From Eledone cirrhosa (taxonomy: Eukaryota), in assembly GCA_964016885.1 (NCBI GenBank), contig OZ024760.1, positions 22,878,001 through 22,942,000 on the forward strand: a stretch of DNA of 64,000 nt, written 5' to 3'. Each line of letters starts with the position of its first letter. Positions within the stretch are counted from its first letter, which is position 1. The notes beneath the pieces are model-generated. The model was not told where the DNA came from, ran no database searches, and worked only from the letters and a program-made list of their open reading frames with translations. Below are positions 1-12,959 of the stretch, piece by piece. Position numbers and translations under genes: made by a program.

Positions 1-359
1 TTTATATTTTATCTTGCTGGTGGTATTTGCTTCTTGCTGACGATGGAATATTTGTTTAAGTGTTCCTTTTTATTTTACTGACATATTTGTTATGTTGTTG
101 TTATTGCTAAAGCATTTGAAAGTGTTGCTTATCATCTTGTAATTGATGGCAGTGAATTAGCAAAAGCAATGGAACGTCAGATGAAATGATTCGCGGTATA
201 TAATTGCGTCCATTTACGTTCTGAGCTAAAAAACGGCTGAGTTTAGCTTTGCCTTTAATCCACCAGCGTAGGATATGTTAACGTAACAGTAATGACCTAA
301 AGGAAGGGTCATTTAATCGACTTCACCTAAGCAATATTGTTCACTTTGTGCCGAAATCA

Positions 360-955
360 GTTGCTAATGAATACTATAAATTCGTTTTCACACCTCCAAT
401 GAGACAGATGCAAATAAATAAGCTAGTTGAGGTCTTTTACAAATAGAAATGGCAATTATTAAATGCACAGATATAAATGTGAAAGATGTAATATCAGCCA
501 TAGACAAAATGAAACCAAATTCAGATCCTGGTCCTGTTGGTTTCCCAGTAATTCTTCTAAGAACATACAAAGAAACATTAAACACAACCACTACAGACCC
601 TCTTCCAAAGTTCCCTAATAAGTGGTAAACTATCCGGAAAACTAAAAGAATGCATGCTCTCAAAAGAAACGAATCACCAAAAGGAAACTGATAACTTTTA
701 AAGGAGAAAATGGTCTTCTAAATGACACCCAGCATTTCTATTACACTTGTCTTGTGCAGATTTTACGGCAGTATGGATAGATGCTGAAACAGCTGCGAGA
801 TCTTTCGAATGTTGGTGTGAAATATGGTGTCTTTGCGAAGACCTTCGACAAGGTTCCTCGTGGTATATATAGCTGGAAAAACTCGGTGAATGGTTTAATG
901 ATTTCTTAGAAGATAGAAGATAGAAGCCTGACTGTTACAGCTAACGGGGCCTCGC
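360..955 (+). mobile_element. Decayed CR1/L2-like LINE ORF2 (RT) fragment
   Basis: Frameshifted peptides DINVKDVISAIDKMKPNSDPGPVGFPVILL, VFAKTFDKVPRG (DFxKAFDxV-like) and GKLGEWFNDFLEDR; truncated by (CA)n at about 960. Confidence 0.7.
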
Positions 956-958
956 TAA

Positions 959-960
<2 letters not shown>

Positions 961-1034
<74 letters not shown>
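961..1034. repeat. (CA)n microsatellite
   Basis: Perfect CA run. Confidence 0.98.
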
Positions 1035-1037
<3 letters not shown>

Positions 1038-1377
1038 TATATGTATGTATGTATATGTAAATGATTATATTCATAAATATGTATATATTTAAAATATGTA
1101 GTTTAGAAAGCCACAACAATGCAGATGGGAAATCTCGAGGTAGGAAGTGAGTGAGAAATAGGAGAAAAGTGAAAATTGAGAGAAACGAAAAAACGAAAAC
1201 AAAACAAAGGTAGAAGGGTTACCGTAGTGGAGATTTAATCCCAATATTTCGGGCTCACGCCCATCAACGGGGGGAAAGTTCCAAAAGGGGGGGAACAGGC
1301 TAAGCCGGAGAAAGTTGTATCTTATATATATATATATGTATATATTTATATTTATGTATGTATTATATATATATGAA

Positions 1378-1565
1378 GTGGATTGGCAGTATCGGTACAA
1401 GGTTGAACGCCATGCGTTGCAGCATAGAGTTACATCCCTTTACAGTCTGAGTTCAAATCCCGCCGAGGTAAACTTTGCCTTTTATCCTTACACGGTCGAT
1501 AAAATAAAGAACCAGTAATGCACTGGGATAATTGCTGGCCTTGTGCCAAAAGTAGAAACAATTAT
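1378..1565 (+). mobile_element. tRNA-derived SINE, family 1
   Basis: A-box-like TGGCAGTATCGGTA, B-box GAGTTCAAATCC, central GCCTTTYATCCTTACRSGGTCGATAAAATAAAG (resembles the Meta/MESC domain, from recall) and tail GGCCTTGTGCCAAAAGTAGAAACAATT; about 20 copies in the window. Confidence 0.88.
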
Positions 1566-1592
1566 ATATATGTGTATATGTATATATATATG

Positions 1593-1624
<32 letters not shown>

Positions 1625-1934
1625 TACATTTATATATGATAGTTGTAAATCTGGTGCCTGTATAAGCTGGTAATTAATCATCACCTGAGCATGTACAATC
1701 ACATATCATCTTTTGTTTACCCTTCGTGTCATCTAATACAAAGGAGAATTAATAAGTTAGAACATCAAAACTATTAACCAGGTAACATATATTACATATC
1801 TATATCTATATATGTGCGTCTGTTGTGAGGGTATTGACCTGCTTCCTCGCAGTTATTAATAAAAATGCATTCTGTCAGTCACTATTTCTTAATTCCTCTT
1901 GATACGTAATACAAAACTTTAGCTGATTAGCACA

Positions 1935-2103
<169 letters not shown>

Positions 2104-2187
2104 GACAGGGGGGAAGAAAAAATGGCTTCACTTGTGCTTTCAACAAATTTATTTTCCAATATATATATATATATGTGTGTGTGTGTG

Positions 2188-2600
2188 TAAAAAGTAAACA
2201 GATATAACAACACAATCGGTACAGTATATGGAAGGGATATATTAGGTTAACGCTTGATATAGAAGGGAGGGGGTCGTAACGTTTCGGACGCTAGTCCTTT
2301 ATCAGAAGAAAGAAGGAGAAATAAGCTGGATTGGGAGGATGGGTGGGTTGGAATTGGAAAAAAGGTATTTTGATAAAAATAACATGTCCATTGATGTTGA
2401 CGTCTCTTGTAAAAAATGTTGGTGCTGGCGTTTTGTGTATGATTTATTTTCTGGAAAAGTGGATGATGGAGCGCGTCTACCTGAAATGGAAAAAAAAACG
2501 TTGTTGTAGAAATATTTTAGATTAGCGATTGAAATAGCAGGAAAACGTCTGACGTTTCGGACACTATTCATTCATCAGAAATAAAAAATAGAAATAACAG
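2188..2600 (-). mobile_element. Penelope-like 3'-end remnant, family D, with two degenerate hammerhead motifs (about 2276-2309 and 2548-2581)
   Basis: Minus strand CTGATAAAGGACTAGCGTCCGAAACGTT and CTGATGAATGAATAGTGTCCGAAACGTC; homologous segments at 29268-29480, 37080-37270 and 39320-39545; ends in (CA)n. Confidence 0.65.
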
Positions 2601-2896
2601 ATGAGATAGAAAGGTAAATAGTGTGTAGTGGAATGAATGGTAAAAATGCGAACAAATTAAGTCGTGCGTATTTAGTCGGCCATTTTGGATATTTGCTGTT
2701 TGAGTGGTAGCTTGAGAGTTAACTGGGAGTGCCTTTATTTTATGTTATAAGATATCTTATAACATCACCATACATGAGCACATCATTCATTTCATTGACT
2801 CTATCGTCTCAACGCTTCATACAAGTCCGAGAAATCAGATACATATTTTTCTAAGGGATGCTATATATGTATTTCATATGAAAGTAACTTTCATTA

Positions 2897-3192
2897 TGAG
2901 GTAAACTTTGCCTTTCAACCTTACGGCGTCGATAAAATAAAGTACCAGTAATACACTGGGTAATTGCTGGCCTTGTGCCAATAGTAGAAACAATTATTTA
3001 TGTAAGTGGAATGGCAGTATCGGTAGAGAGTCGGACGCCATGCTTTGAAGCATAGAGTTACGTCTCTTTATGATCTGAGTTCAAATCCCGCCGAGGTTAA
3101 CTTTGCCTTTCATCCTTACGGGGTCGATAAAATAAAGTACCAGTAATGTACTGGATAATTGCTGGCCTTGTGCCAAACGTAGAAACAATTAT
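2897..3192 (+). mobile_element. SINE family 1: partial copy (2897-2998) plus full copy (3006-3192)
   Basis: Same motifs as 1378-1565. Confidence 0.85.
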
Positions 3193-3675
3193 TTATTTAA
3201 ATATAGAGCTCTATGATTTGTCTCTTTATATGTATCTAAGTATGATGCGTGCAAGCATCTTCCCTTAAAGTCTGAGAGAAGTTTAGGGTCTCTGTATTGA
3301 TATACGGCGTATCTAGGGTATTCGTAAAACATCGTGGAGCGCATCTCCTTTCCGTGTCTAAATACAGCAGACATCTTGTAGATAAGGATAGGAAGGGAGA
3401 GCGATAGAATACAAATGAGAAATAAATATAGAGGAGGAGACAAACCAAATACTAGACTGGTACGTTTTGAATCGATCTACAATGGATGAAAGCCAAAGTT
3501 GACCTCGACGGGAATTGGACTCAGAAACCAGAGACCCGAAATGAATACCGTAAATCAGGGGTGTGCAACATATTCCATTGGCGGGTCTCTTTTGAACATT
3601 GGAACAACCATTAGAGCCATTCATATCCATTAAGCAGTATTCCAAAGATTCACCACAACTTCTTTTCATAGCATG

Positions 3676-6600
3676 GAACTGGGAAATTATAACACACATA
3701 AGCCTATCAGTGAAGCCCTTTAGTTTAGGTCAACTGGGAAATTATAACACACATAACCCTATCAGTGAAGCCCTTTAGTTTAGGTCAACTGGGAAATTAT
3801 AACACACATAACCCTATCAGTGAAGCCCTTTAGTTTAGGTCAACTGGGAAATTATAACACACATAACCCTATCAGTGAAGCCCTTTAGTTTAGGTCAACT
3901 GGGAAATTATAACACACATAACCCTATCAGTGAAGCCCTTTAGTTTAGGTCAACTGGGAAATTATAACACACATAACCCTATCAGTGAAGCCCTTTAGTT
4001 TAGGTCAACTGGGAAATTATAACACACATAACCCTATCAGTGAAGCCCTTTAGTTTAGGTCAACTGGGAAATTATAACACACATAACCCTATCAGTGAAG
4101 CCCTTTAGTTTAGGTCAACTGGGAAATTATAACACACATAACCCTATCAGTGAAGCCCTTTAGTTTAGGTCAACTGGGAAATTATAACACACATAACCCT
4201 ATCAGTGAAGCCCTTTAGTTTAGGTCAACTGGGAAATTATAACACACATAACCCTATCAGTGAAGCCCTTTAGTTTAGGTCAACTGGGAAATTATAACAC
4301 ACATAACCCTATCAGTGAAGCCCTTTAGTTTAGGTCAACTGGGAAATTATAACACACATAACCCTATCAGTGAATACCTTTAGTTTAGGTCAACTGGGAA
4401 ATTATAACACACATAACCCTATCAGTGAAGCCCTTTAGTTTAGGTCAACTGGGAAATTATAACACACATAACCCTATCAGTGAAGCCCTTTAGTTTAGGT
4501 CAACTGGGAAATTATAACACACATAACCCTATCAGTGAAGCCCTTTAGTTTAGGTCAACTGGGAAATTATAACACACATAACCCTATCAGTGAAGCCCTT
4601 TAGTTTAGGTCAACTGGGAAATTATAACACACATAACCCTATCAGTGAAGCCCTTTAGTTTAGGTCAACTGGGAAATTATAACACACATAACCCTATCAG
4701 TGAAGCCCTTTAGTTTAGGTCAACTGGGAAATTATAACACACATAACCCTATCAGTGAAGCCCTTTAGTTTAGGTCAACTGGGAAATTATAACACACATA
4801 ACCCTATCAGTGAAGCCCTTTAGTTTAGGTCAACTGGGAAATTATAACACACATAACCCTATCAGTGAAGCCCTTTAGTTTAGGTCAACTGGGAAATTAT
4901 AACACACATAACCCTATCAGTGAAGCCCTTTAGTTTAGGTCAACTGGGAAATTATAACACACATAACCCTATCAGTGAATACCTTTAGTTTAGGTCAACT
5001 GGGAAATTATAACACACATAACCCTATCAGTGAAGCCCTTTAGTTTAGGTCAACTGGGAAATTATAACACACATAACCCTATCAGTGAAGCCCTTTAGTT
5101 TAGGTCAACTGGGAAATTATAACACACATAACCCTATCAGTGAAGACCTTTAGTTTAGGTCAACTGGGAAATTATAACACACATAACCCTATCAGTGAAG
5201 CCCTTTAGTTTAGGTCAACTGGGAAATTATAACACACATAACCCTATCAGTGAAGCCCTTTAGTTTAGGTCAACTGGGAAATTATAACACACATAACCCT
5301 ATCAGTGAAGCCCTTTAGTTTAGGTCAACTGGGAAATTATAACACACATAACCCTATCAGTGAAGCCCTTTAGTTTAGGTCAACTGGGAAATTATAACAC
5401 ACATAACCCTATCAGTGAAGCCCTTTAGTTTAGGTCAACTGGGAAATTATAACACACATAACCCTATCAGTGAAGCCCTTTAGTTTAGGTCAACTGGGAA
5501 ATTATAACACACATAACCCTATCAGTGAAGCCCTTTAGTTTAGGTCAACTGGGAAATTATAACACACATAACCCTATCAGTGAATACCTTTAGTTTAGGT
5601 CAACTGGGAAATTATAACACACATAACCCTATCAGTGAAGCCCTTTAGTTTAGGTCAACTGGGAAATTATAACACACATAACCCTATCAGTGAAGCCCTT
5701 TAGTTTAGGTCAACTGGGAAATTATAACACACATAACCCTATCAGTGAAGCCCTTTAGTTTAGGTCAACTGGGAAATTATAACACACATAACCCTATCAG
5801 TGAAGCCCTTTAGTTTAGGTCAACTGGGAAATTATAACACACATAACCCTATCAGTGAAGCCCTTTAGTTTAGGTCAACTGGGAAATTATAACACACATA
5901 ACCCTATCAGTGAAGCCCTTTAGTTTAGGTCAACTGGGAAATTATAACACACATAACCCTATCAGTGAAGCCCTTTAGTTTAGGTCAACTGGGAAATTAT
6001 AACACACATAACCCTATCAGTGAAGCCCTTTAGTTTAGGTCAACTGGGAAATTATAACACACATAACCCTATCAGTGAAGCCCTTTAGTTTAGGTCAACT
6101 GGGAAATTATAACACACATAACCCTATCAGTGAAGCCCTTTAGTTTAGGTCAACTGGGAAATTATAACACACATAACCCTATCAGTGAATACCTTTAGTT
6201 TAGGTCAACTGGGAAATTATAACACACATAACCCTATCAGTGAAGCCCTTTAGTTTAGGTCAACTGGGAAATTATAACACACATAACCCTATCAGTGAAG
6301 CCCTTTAGTTTAGGTCAACTGGGAAATTATAACACACATAACCCTATCAGTGAATACCTTTAGTTTAGGTCAACTGGGAAATTATAACACACATAACCCT
6401 ATCAGTGAAGCCCTTTAGTTTAGGTCAACTGGGAAATTATAACACACATAACCCTATCAGTGAAGCCCTTTAGTTTAGGTCAACTGGGAAATTATAACAC
6501 ACATAACCCTATCAGTGAAGCCCTTTAGTTTAGGTCAACTGGGAAATTATAACACACATAACCCTATCAGTGAAGCCCTTTAGTTTAGGTCAACTGGGAA

Positions 6601-7376
6601 ATTATAACACACATAACCCTATCAGTGAAGCCCTTTAGTTTAGGTCAACTGGGAAATTATAACACACATAACCCTATCAGTGAAGCCCTTTAGTTTAGGT
6701 CAACTGGGAAATTATAACACACATAACCCTATCAGTGAAGCCCTTTAGTTTAGGTCAACTGGGAAATTATAACACACATAACCCTATCAGTGAAGCCCTT
6801 TAGTTTAGGTCAACTGGGAAATTATAACACACATAACCCTATCAGTGAAGCCCTTTAGTTTAGGTCAACTGGGAAATTATAACACACATAACCCTATCAG
6901 TGAAGCCCTTTAGTTTAGGTCAACTGGGAAATTATAACACACATAACCCTATCAGTGAATACCTTTAGTTTAGGTCAACTGGGAAATTATAACACACATA
7001 ACCCTATCAGTGAAGCCCTTTAGTTTAGGTCAACTGGGAAATTATAACACACATAACCCTATCAGTGAAGCCCTTTAGTTTAGGTCAACTGGGAAATTAT
7101 AACACACATAACCCTATCAGTGAATACCTTTAGTTTAGGTCAACTGGGAAATTATAACACACATAACCCTATCAGTGAAGCCCTTTAGTTTAGGTCAACT
7201 GGGAAATTATAACACACATAACCCTATCAGTGAAGCCCTTTAGTTTAGGTCAACTGGGAAATTATAACACACATAACCCTATCAGTGAAGCCCTTTAGTT
7301 TAGGTCAACTGGGAAATTATAACACACATAACCCTATCAGTGAAGCCCTTTAGTTTAGGTCAACTGGGAAATTATA
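3676..7376. repeat. 55-bp tandem satellite, about 67 copies
   Basis: Unit CAACTGGGAAATTATAACACACATAACCCTATCAGTGAAGCCCTTTAGTTTAGGT recurs every 55 bp (3731, 3786, 3841 and so on); units nearly identical. Confidence 0.99.
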
Positions 7377-7552
7377 TCTATATTATATCTGTATTTTTTA
7401 GGGTGGGCCAGTCAATGGTAAACATTGAGGACCGGATGAATTTACTGTGGAGATATAACAGATAGAGAAGCGAAAACCAACCAAACAGCAGTGAGTGTGT
7501 TCTGTTGTTATTTCTGGCAATATTATTACAACAATATCACCCTCCCCAAGTA

Positions 7553-7584
<32 letters not shown>

Positions 7585-7589
<5 letters not shown>

Positions 7590-7936
7590 ATACTTTGGGG
7601 GGGGGGGTCATGTTGCCAATAACAAACACACGCACCAGTTGCTTTCACTTCAATTTATTATATATTTATAAATTTATAAATTTATAAATTTCTGGTTGGT
7701 TGCTTGGTTCCACAACCAGATAGTTGTTTATATATAGTCATAGTTCTTTCGTCACACACTCTGTGACCTCTTCAGTGACTGGGGATTCCTTTCTTTGTTT
7801 CTGTGCCTCTCCTTTGTTCTGTCCTACGCCATTTTTTTTCTGTGTGTGTGTTGTGTGACCCTCCCAAAGTATAACAATATCGGTTTCAACACACGATTTC
7901 AGATAAAGAATCTTGCTAAACAAATTCAGAAACGAA

Positions 7937-7938
<2 letters not shown>
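7585..7938 (-). mobile_element. Solo 3' end (pseudo-LTR) of the Neptune-like PLE (family A) with an inverted, tail-bearing terminus
   Basis: 7585-7855 aligns to 44521-44790; 7856-7938 is the inverted terminus TGACCCTCCCAAAGTATAACAA plus a tail of about 60 nt; (TA)n on both sides. Confidence 0.85.
7736..7780 (-). ncRNA. Type I minimal hammerhead ribozyme (family A), intact core
   Basis: Minus strand AGTCA CTGAAGA G GTCACA gagtg TGTGAC GAAA GAAC TA TGACT: stem I 5 bp, stem II 6 bp, minimal stem III, CUA cleavage triplet. Confidence 0.8.
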
Positions 7939-7967
<29 letters not shown>

Positions 7968-8002
7968 CACATATACATACAAATATATATACAAATATAC
8001 AT

Positions 8003-8067
<65 letters not shown>

Positions 8068-8068
8068 A

Positions 8069-8106
<38 letters not shown>

Positions 8107-8451
8107 GTGTGTAATAATTGTATGAGTGTACGTGTATGAGTGTCGGTATACGATGTAATAGATGAAACGCCAGAGTTGTTTTATTCCAAAGTGATGAGAT
8201 TAACTAAAGATCTCAGGGGATAAAATCTGTGTTATTACGTCATAGATTATGTCTGAGATTATGTCACATCCACTTCCAATTGAAGACAGTTCACAGTTAA
8301 TTATTGATATTATCTCCCATTATATCTTACCCAGATGTTGTTTGTAATTTTAACGAAGAATATAAATAAACATTTACTTGAGTGTGTGTTTTTGTGTGTA
8401 TACTTGTTAAACTCTGTGTGTATATACCTATATGTATCTTAGATACATAAA

Positions 8452-8731
8452 ACCTAAAGTCTGTCTTAAGCCAGAAGGCTCATTTGGCTGGTACTTACCC
8501 CGGTTTCATGGCGTGAAGCGACTGAGAGTACAAGACTACCCCCTGGACAGGACGCCAGTCCATCACAGGGTTAAACGTCCATCTATTACTGGTACTCATT
8601 TTCAGCTGAGTATACTGGAGCAACGTGAAATGAAGTGTTTTGCTCAAGAACACAACACGAAATCCAGGAATCGAGCCCACGACTTTATGATCGTAAATCC
8701 CACACCCTTACCACTAGGGCACGTGCCTCCA
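8452..8731 (-). mobile_element. tRNA-derived SINE, family 2 (CORE/V-like motifs)
   Basis: Minus strand tRNA-like head GGAGGCACGTGCCCTAGTGGTAAGG...GGCTCGATTCC, then TGTGTTCTTGAGCAAAACACTT and CCCTGTGATGGACTGGCGTCCTGTCCAGGGG; second copy at 12050-12368. Confidence 0.8.
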
Positions 8732-8791
8732 CCATGTATATGTATACAATATATATATATATATATATTTATATATTTATATATATATATA

Positions 8792-8865
<74 letters not shown>

Positions 8866-8889
8866 TATATATATATATATAATTATATA

Positions 8890-9041
8890 TATTTCGTTTC
8901 TGAATTTGTTTAGCAAGATTCTTTATCTGAAATCGTGTGTTGAAAGCGATATTGTTATACTTTGGGAGGGTCATGTTGCCAATAAAAGAACTGGTGCGTG
9001 TGTTTCTTATTGGCAACATGACCCTCCCAAAGTATAACAAT
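8890..9041. mobile_element. Family A inverted mini-insertion: tail-bearing end opposite a tail-less end
   Basis: TTGTTATACTTTGGGAGGGTCATGTTGCCAATAA and its reverse complement; the left arm is extended by the family A tail; embedded in (TA)n. Confidence 0.85.
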
Positions 9042-9084
9042 AATTATATATATATATATAATTATATATATATATATATATAAT

Positions 9085-9115
<31 letters not shown>

Positions 9116-9282
9116 TTATATATATATTTATAAATATATATATTTATATATATATTTATATATATATATATTTATATATATATATTTATATATCTATATA
9201 TATATATATAGATATATATATCTATATATGTATATATATTTATCTATATCTATATATATATATATATATATTTATCTATATC

Positions 9283-9349
<67 letters not shown>

Positions 9350-9350
9350 T

Positions 9351-9463
<113 letters not shown>

Positions 9464-9492
9464 ATTTATATATATATATATTTATATATATA

Positions 9493-10080
9493 ACATTCGA
9501 TTCGTTTGCAATTATGCAAACAACCCTCAATTTTATGTTCTGTTCGCATGCCAACACAAGAGCAAGATTGAAGTGTTCATTCTACTGACATGGTTATAAA
9601 ATTGCTAGCGTATCGAATGTTATTATTAATATTCGAAAAACTCAGATTACATTTATTGTATTCAGCGATGTAGAGCGACATTTTATTTTTTATTTTGAAT
9701 TTCACAAAGCCGGCCATTTATCGTTCGTATATAGGAAACTGACTGGCTTGTTTGCTGTATGCCAATCTAGCTGATCAGTGGATCTGCTAATATGTTCAGC
9801 CAGTTTGCTAATATGAAAAAAACAGGCCGATCAGTCACTGTATATTTTCACTAGCTCTGACAGTTTGGCAGGTGAATAGTGAGCTGTACTGATGAAGGGT
9901 GATACCCAGAAACATTAGTCTCTGCAGTTCTGTTCCCATGCAAACACAAGAGCAAGAATGAAGTGTTCATTCTACTGACATGGCTATAAAATTGAGGCTT
10001 GTTTGCATAATTGCAAATGAATCGAATGTTTTATCTGAAAATCTCAGATTACATTTATTTTATTCAGCCAAGGAGAGCGA
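9493..10080 (+). mobile_element. PLE-like remnant, family F: partial direct duplication with a short 5' inverted end and a weak HHR-like motif at about 9888-9920
   Basis: 9536-9690 is repeated at 9927-10080; 9493-9535 is the reverse complement of about 9986-10030; CTGATGAAGGGTGATACCCAGAAAC. Confidence 0.55.
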
Positions 10081-10081
10081 A

Positions 10082-10450
10082 ATTTCATTATACATATTTC
10101 AGGGATACCAAATTAAATTATGGTATGCCTTCATCAGACAAAATACAATATATAACAGTTTTACAAATAAGCTTTGACGTACCCTATTAAAATGCAACCA
10201 TTGTTTTTGGAAGTCATCCGGATAGTATTTTGTCTGATGAAGGCATACCATAATTTAATTTGGTATCCCTGAAATATGTATAATGAAATAAATATGGTTT
10301 TATAAATATAGTTTCCATTTATTAATATTGTATATCTACTCCAAATACTTGTCGAGTGCTTTATATCAGTTATAAAAATATTTACTTGTTACAACAAGTA
10401 AATATTTTTATCCCAACAATTTTTATCCCAACAATTTTAAATAGAACTTT

Positions 10451-10455
<5 letters not shown>
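10082..10455. mobile_element. PLE-like remnant, family E: inverted pair with a hammerhead on each strand (10082-10145 minus, 10226-10290 plus) and a tail
   Basis: TATTTTGT CTGATGA AGGCATACCA-loop-TGGTATCCCT GAAATATGTATA ATGAAATA: 8-bp stem I, long stem II, AUA triplet; homologs at 21420-21630 and 41750-42135. Confidence 0.8.
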
Positions 10456-10486
<31 letters not shown>

Positions 10487-10496
10487 TATATATATA

Positions 10497-10573
<77 letters not shown>

Positions 10574-10862
10574 ATATATATATATATATATTATGAAGAG
10601 AGAAGAAACATTTAGATATAATTAGTAATATAATGTATCATACCTAAACTGCTCCTAGATTCCTCGACCACGTAGTTTCGTGGCATAAACAAAAACAATA
10701 CATCATAAAGATATAGAGTCCTTGCGAGGTCTGCCGACTTATCAAGAGGATACCTCATTTTACTAGCTTCAAGAACACGTCCACACGACGTGAGAAAGAA
10801 TCCCAAAAGGCGGAGGGGGAGATAGTCACGCGATATAACGGTCGAGAAACAGAGCTAAGCCT

Positions 10863-10912
<50 letters not shown>

Positions 10913-11218
10913 GTTGAAAACGTACATGAATCCGCATGCCAACGGTTGATTCATTACTTCGCCTTTATATACACGTAAATATATAAATATATAACTACAC
11001 TACATAGAAAATAGATTTATATCTATAATCATATATTTAGCTAATCTGTTTTCTCATCTAAACTAATTTCGTACGTAGCACCTGGTGAGGTTTCAATATT
11101 TATTCTACTATGTCTCATTATATTTCATGTTATTTCGGGGGGAGATTTTAATCTGTTTGGAGTGTGAAACGCATGATAGCTCTCACTAGCATAATCACTT
11201 TGTTCTTAAATTTAAATT

Positions 11219-11263
<45 letters not shown>

Positions 11264-11306
11264 TGTATATGAATTATATATGAATTATATTTATATGTAT
11301 TATATT

Positions 11307-11347
<41 letters not shown>

Positions 11348-11372
11348 GAATTATATTTATATGTATTATATT

Positions 11373-11408
<36 letters not shown>

Positions 11409-11439
11409 ATATATATATGAATTATATTTATATGTATTA

Positions 11440-11499
<60 letters not shown>

Positions 11500-12049
11500 T
11501 TATATTTATATGTATTATATTTATATATATATATATTATATATATATATAAATAAATATGTATATGAATTATATATATATAAATATGTATATGAATTATA
11601 TATATATATATATATAAATAAATATATAACATGAGTTATATATACATAAATATGTATATGAATTATATATATATATATATAAATATGTATATGAATTATA
11701 TATATATACATAAATATGTATATGAATTATATATATATATATAAATATGTATATGAATTATATATATATATAAATATGTATATTAATTATATTTATATAT
11801 ATATATATAAATATGTATATTATTATATTTATATATATATATATAAATATGTATATGAATTATATATATATATATATATATATAAACATATATCTTATAT
11901 CTATATATAATTATAAATGGCCACGTGATAACTCTTAGTGACACAACTATTATAATACCAATGAGGCCCTCAATAGAAGTTGAACTCAAACCACAGTAAT
12001 TCCAAACTGATGCCATAAAATATGATTAGTTTATTCTAAGGCCAAGATC

Positions 12050-12368
12050 TAAAGCCTATCTGAAGCCCCAAAACTCGTTAGGTCGGCGCATATCCCGGCT
12101 TCCTGGCGCGAAGCGACTGAGAGTACGGGACTCCCTCCTGGACAGTATGCCAGTCCATCACATAGTTAAACACCAAGCTATTGTTTGTACTTAATTTTTT
12201 TTTTTTTTAATTTAAAAAAAAAAAAAAAATTTTTAGTTGGGTACACTGGAGCAACGTGGAACGAAGTGTTTATTCAAGAACACAACACACACCCCTCCAG
12301 CCCAGGAATCGAACCTACGATATTTTGATTTTAAGTCCAACAACGTAATTACTAGGTCACACACCTCA
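12050..12368 (-). mobile_element. SINE family 2 copy
   Basis: Aligns to 8452-8731, with an internal T/A run. Confidence 0.75.
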
Positions 12369-12436
12369 AAGCTGAGGTAGCTGTGGCGTAATTATTGTTT
12401 CACATATCCAAAGGGAGATTAAACATATGTTCATTA

Positions 12437-12857
12437 GGGCGGTGAATTGGCAGTATCGGTAGAGGGTTGGACGCCATGCTTTGATGCATAGAGTTACGGC
12501 CCTTGCCATTCTGAGTTCAAATCCTGCCTAGGTTAACCTTGCCTTTCATCCTTACGGGGTCGATAAAATAAAGTACCAGTAATGCACTGTGATAATTGTT
12601 GGCCTTGTGCCAAAAGTAGAAACAATTATTTATATAATGTTAATTATTTATATAATTTATATAAGGATGGTGGATTGGCAGTTTCGTTAGAGGATCGGAC
12701 GCCATGCTTTGCTGCACAGAGTTACAGCCCTTTATGGTCTGAGTTCAAATCCAGCGAGGTTAACCTTGCCTTTCATCCTTACGGGGTCGATAAAATAAAG
12801 TACCAGTAATACACTGAGATAATTGGTGCCCTCGTGCCAAAAGTAGAAATAATTATT
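12437..12857 (+). mobile_element. Two tandem SINE family 1 copies (12437-12630 and 12667-12857)
   Basis: A/B boxes, central domain and tail as at 1378. Confidence 0.88.
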
Positions 12858-12959
12858 TATATATATTGTATGGAGGTCTATATAGGTGAATAATTTTAAC
12901 TCAGAATGTTTTGTGATATAGCTAATTACGAAGATGATGTCACTTGAGTGCGGAGCTAG

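Noticed and set aside
1378-1465. tRNA gene
   Set aside because: The A/B boxes belong to the SINE head; no cloverleaf or terminator.
3676-7376. CRISPR array or hammerhead-bearing satellite
   Set aside because: No unique spacers and no cas genes. The minus strand has CTGATAG-GGTTA...TGACC-TAAAC, but both invariant boxes deviate and there is no stem III or NUH site.
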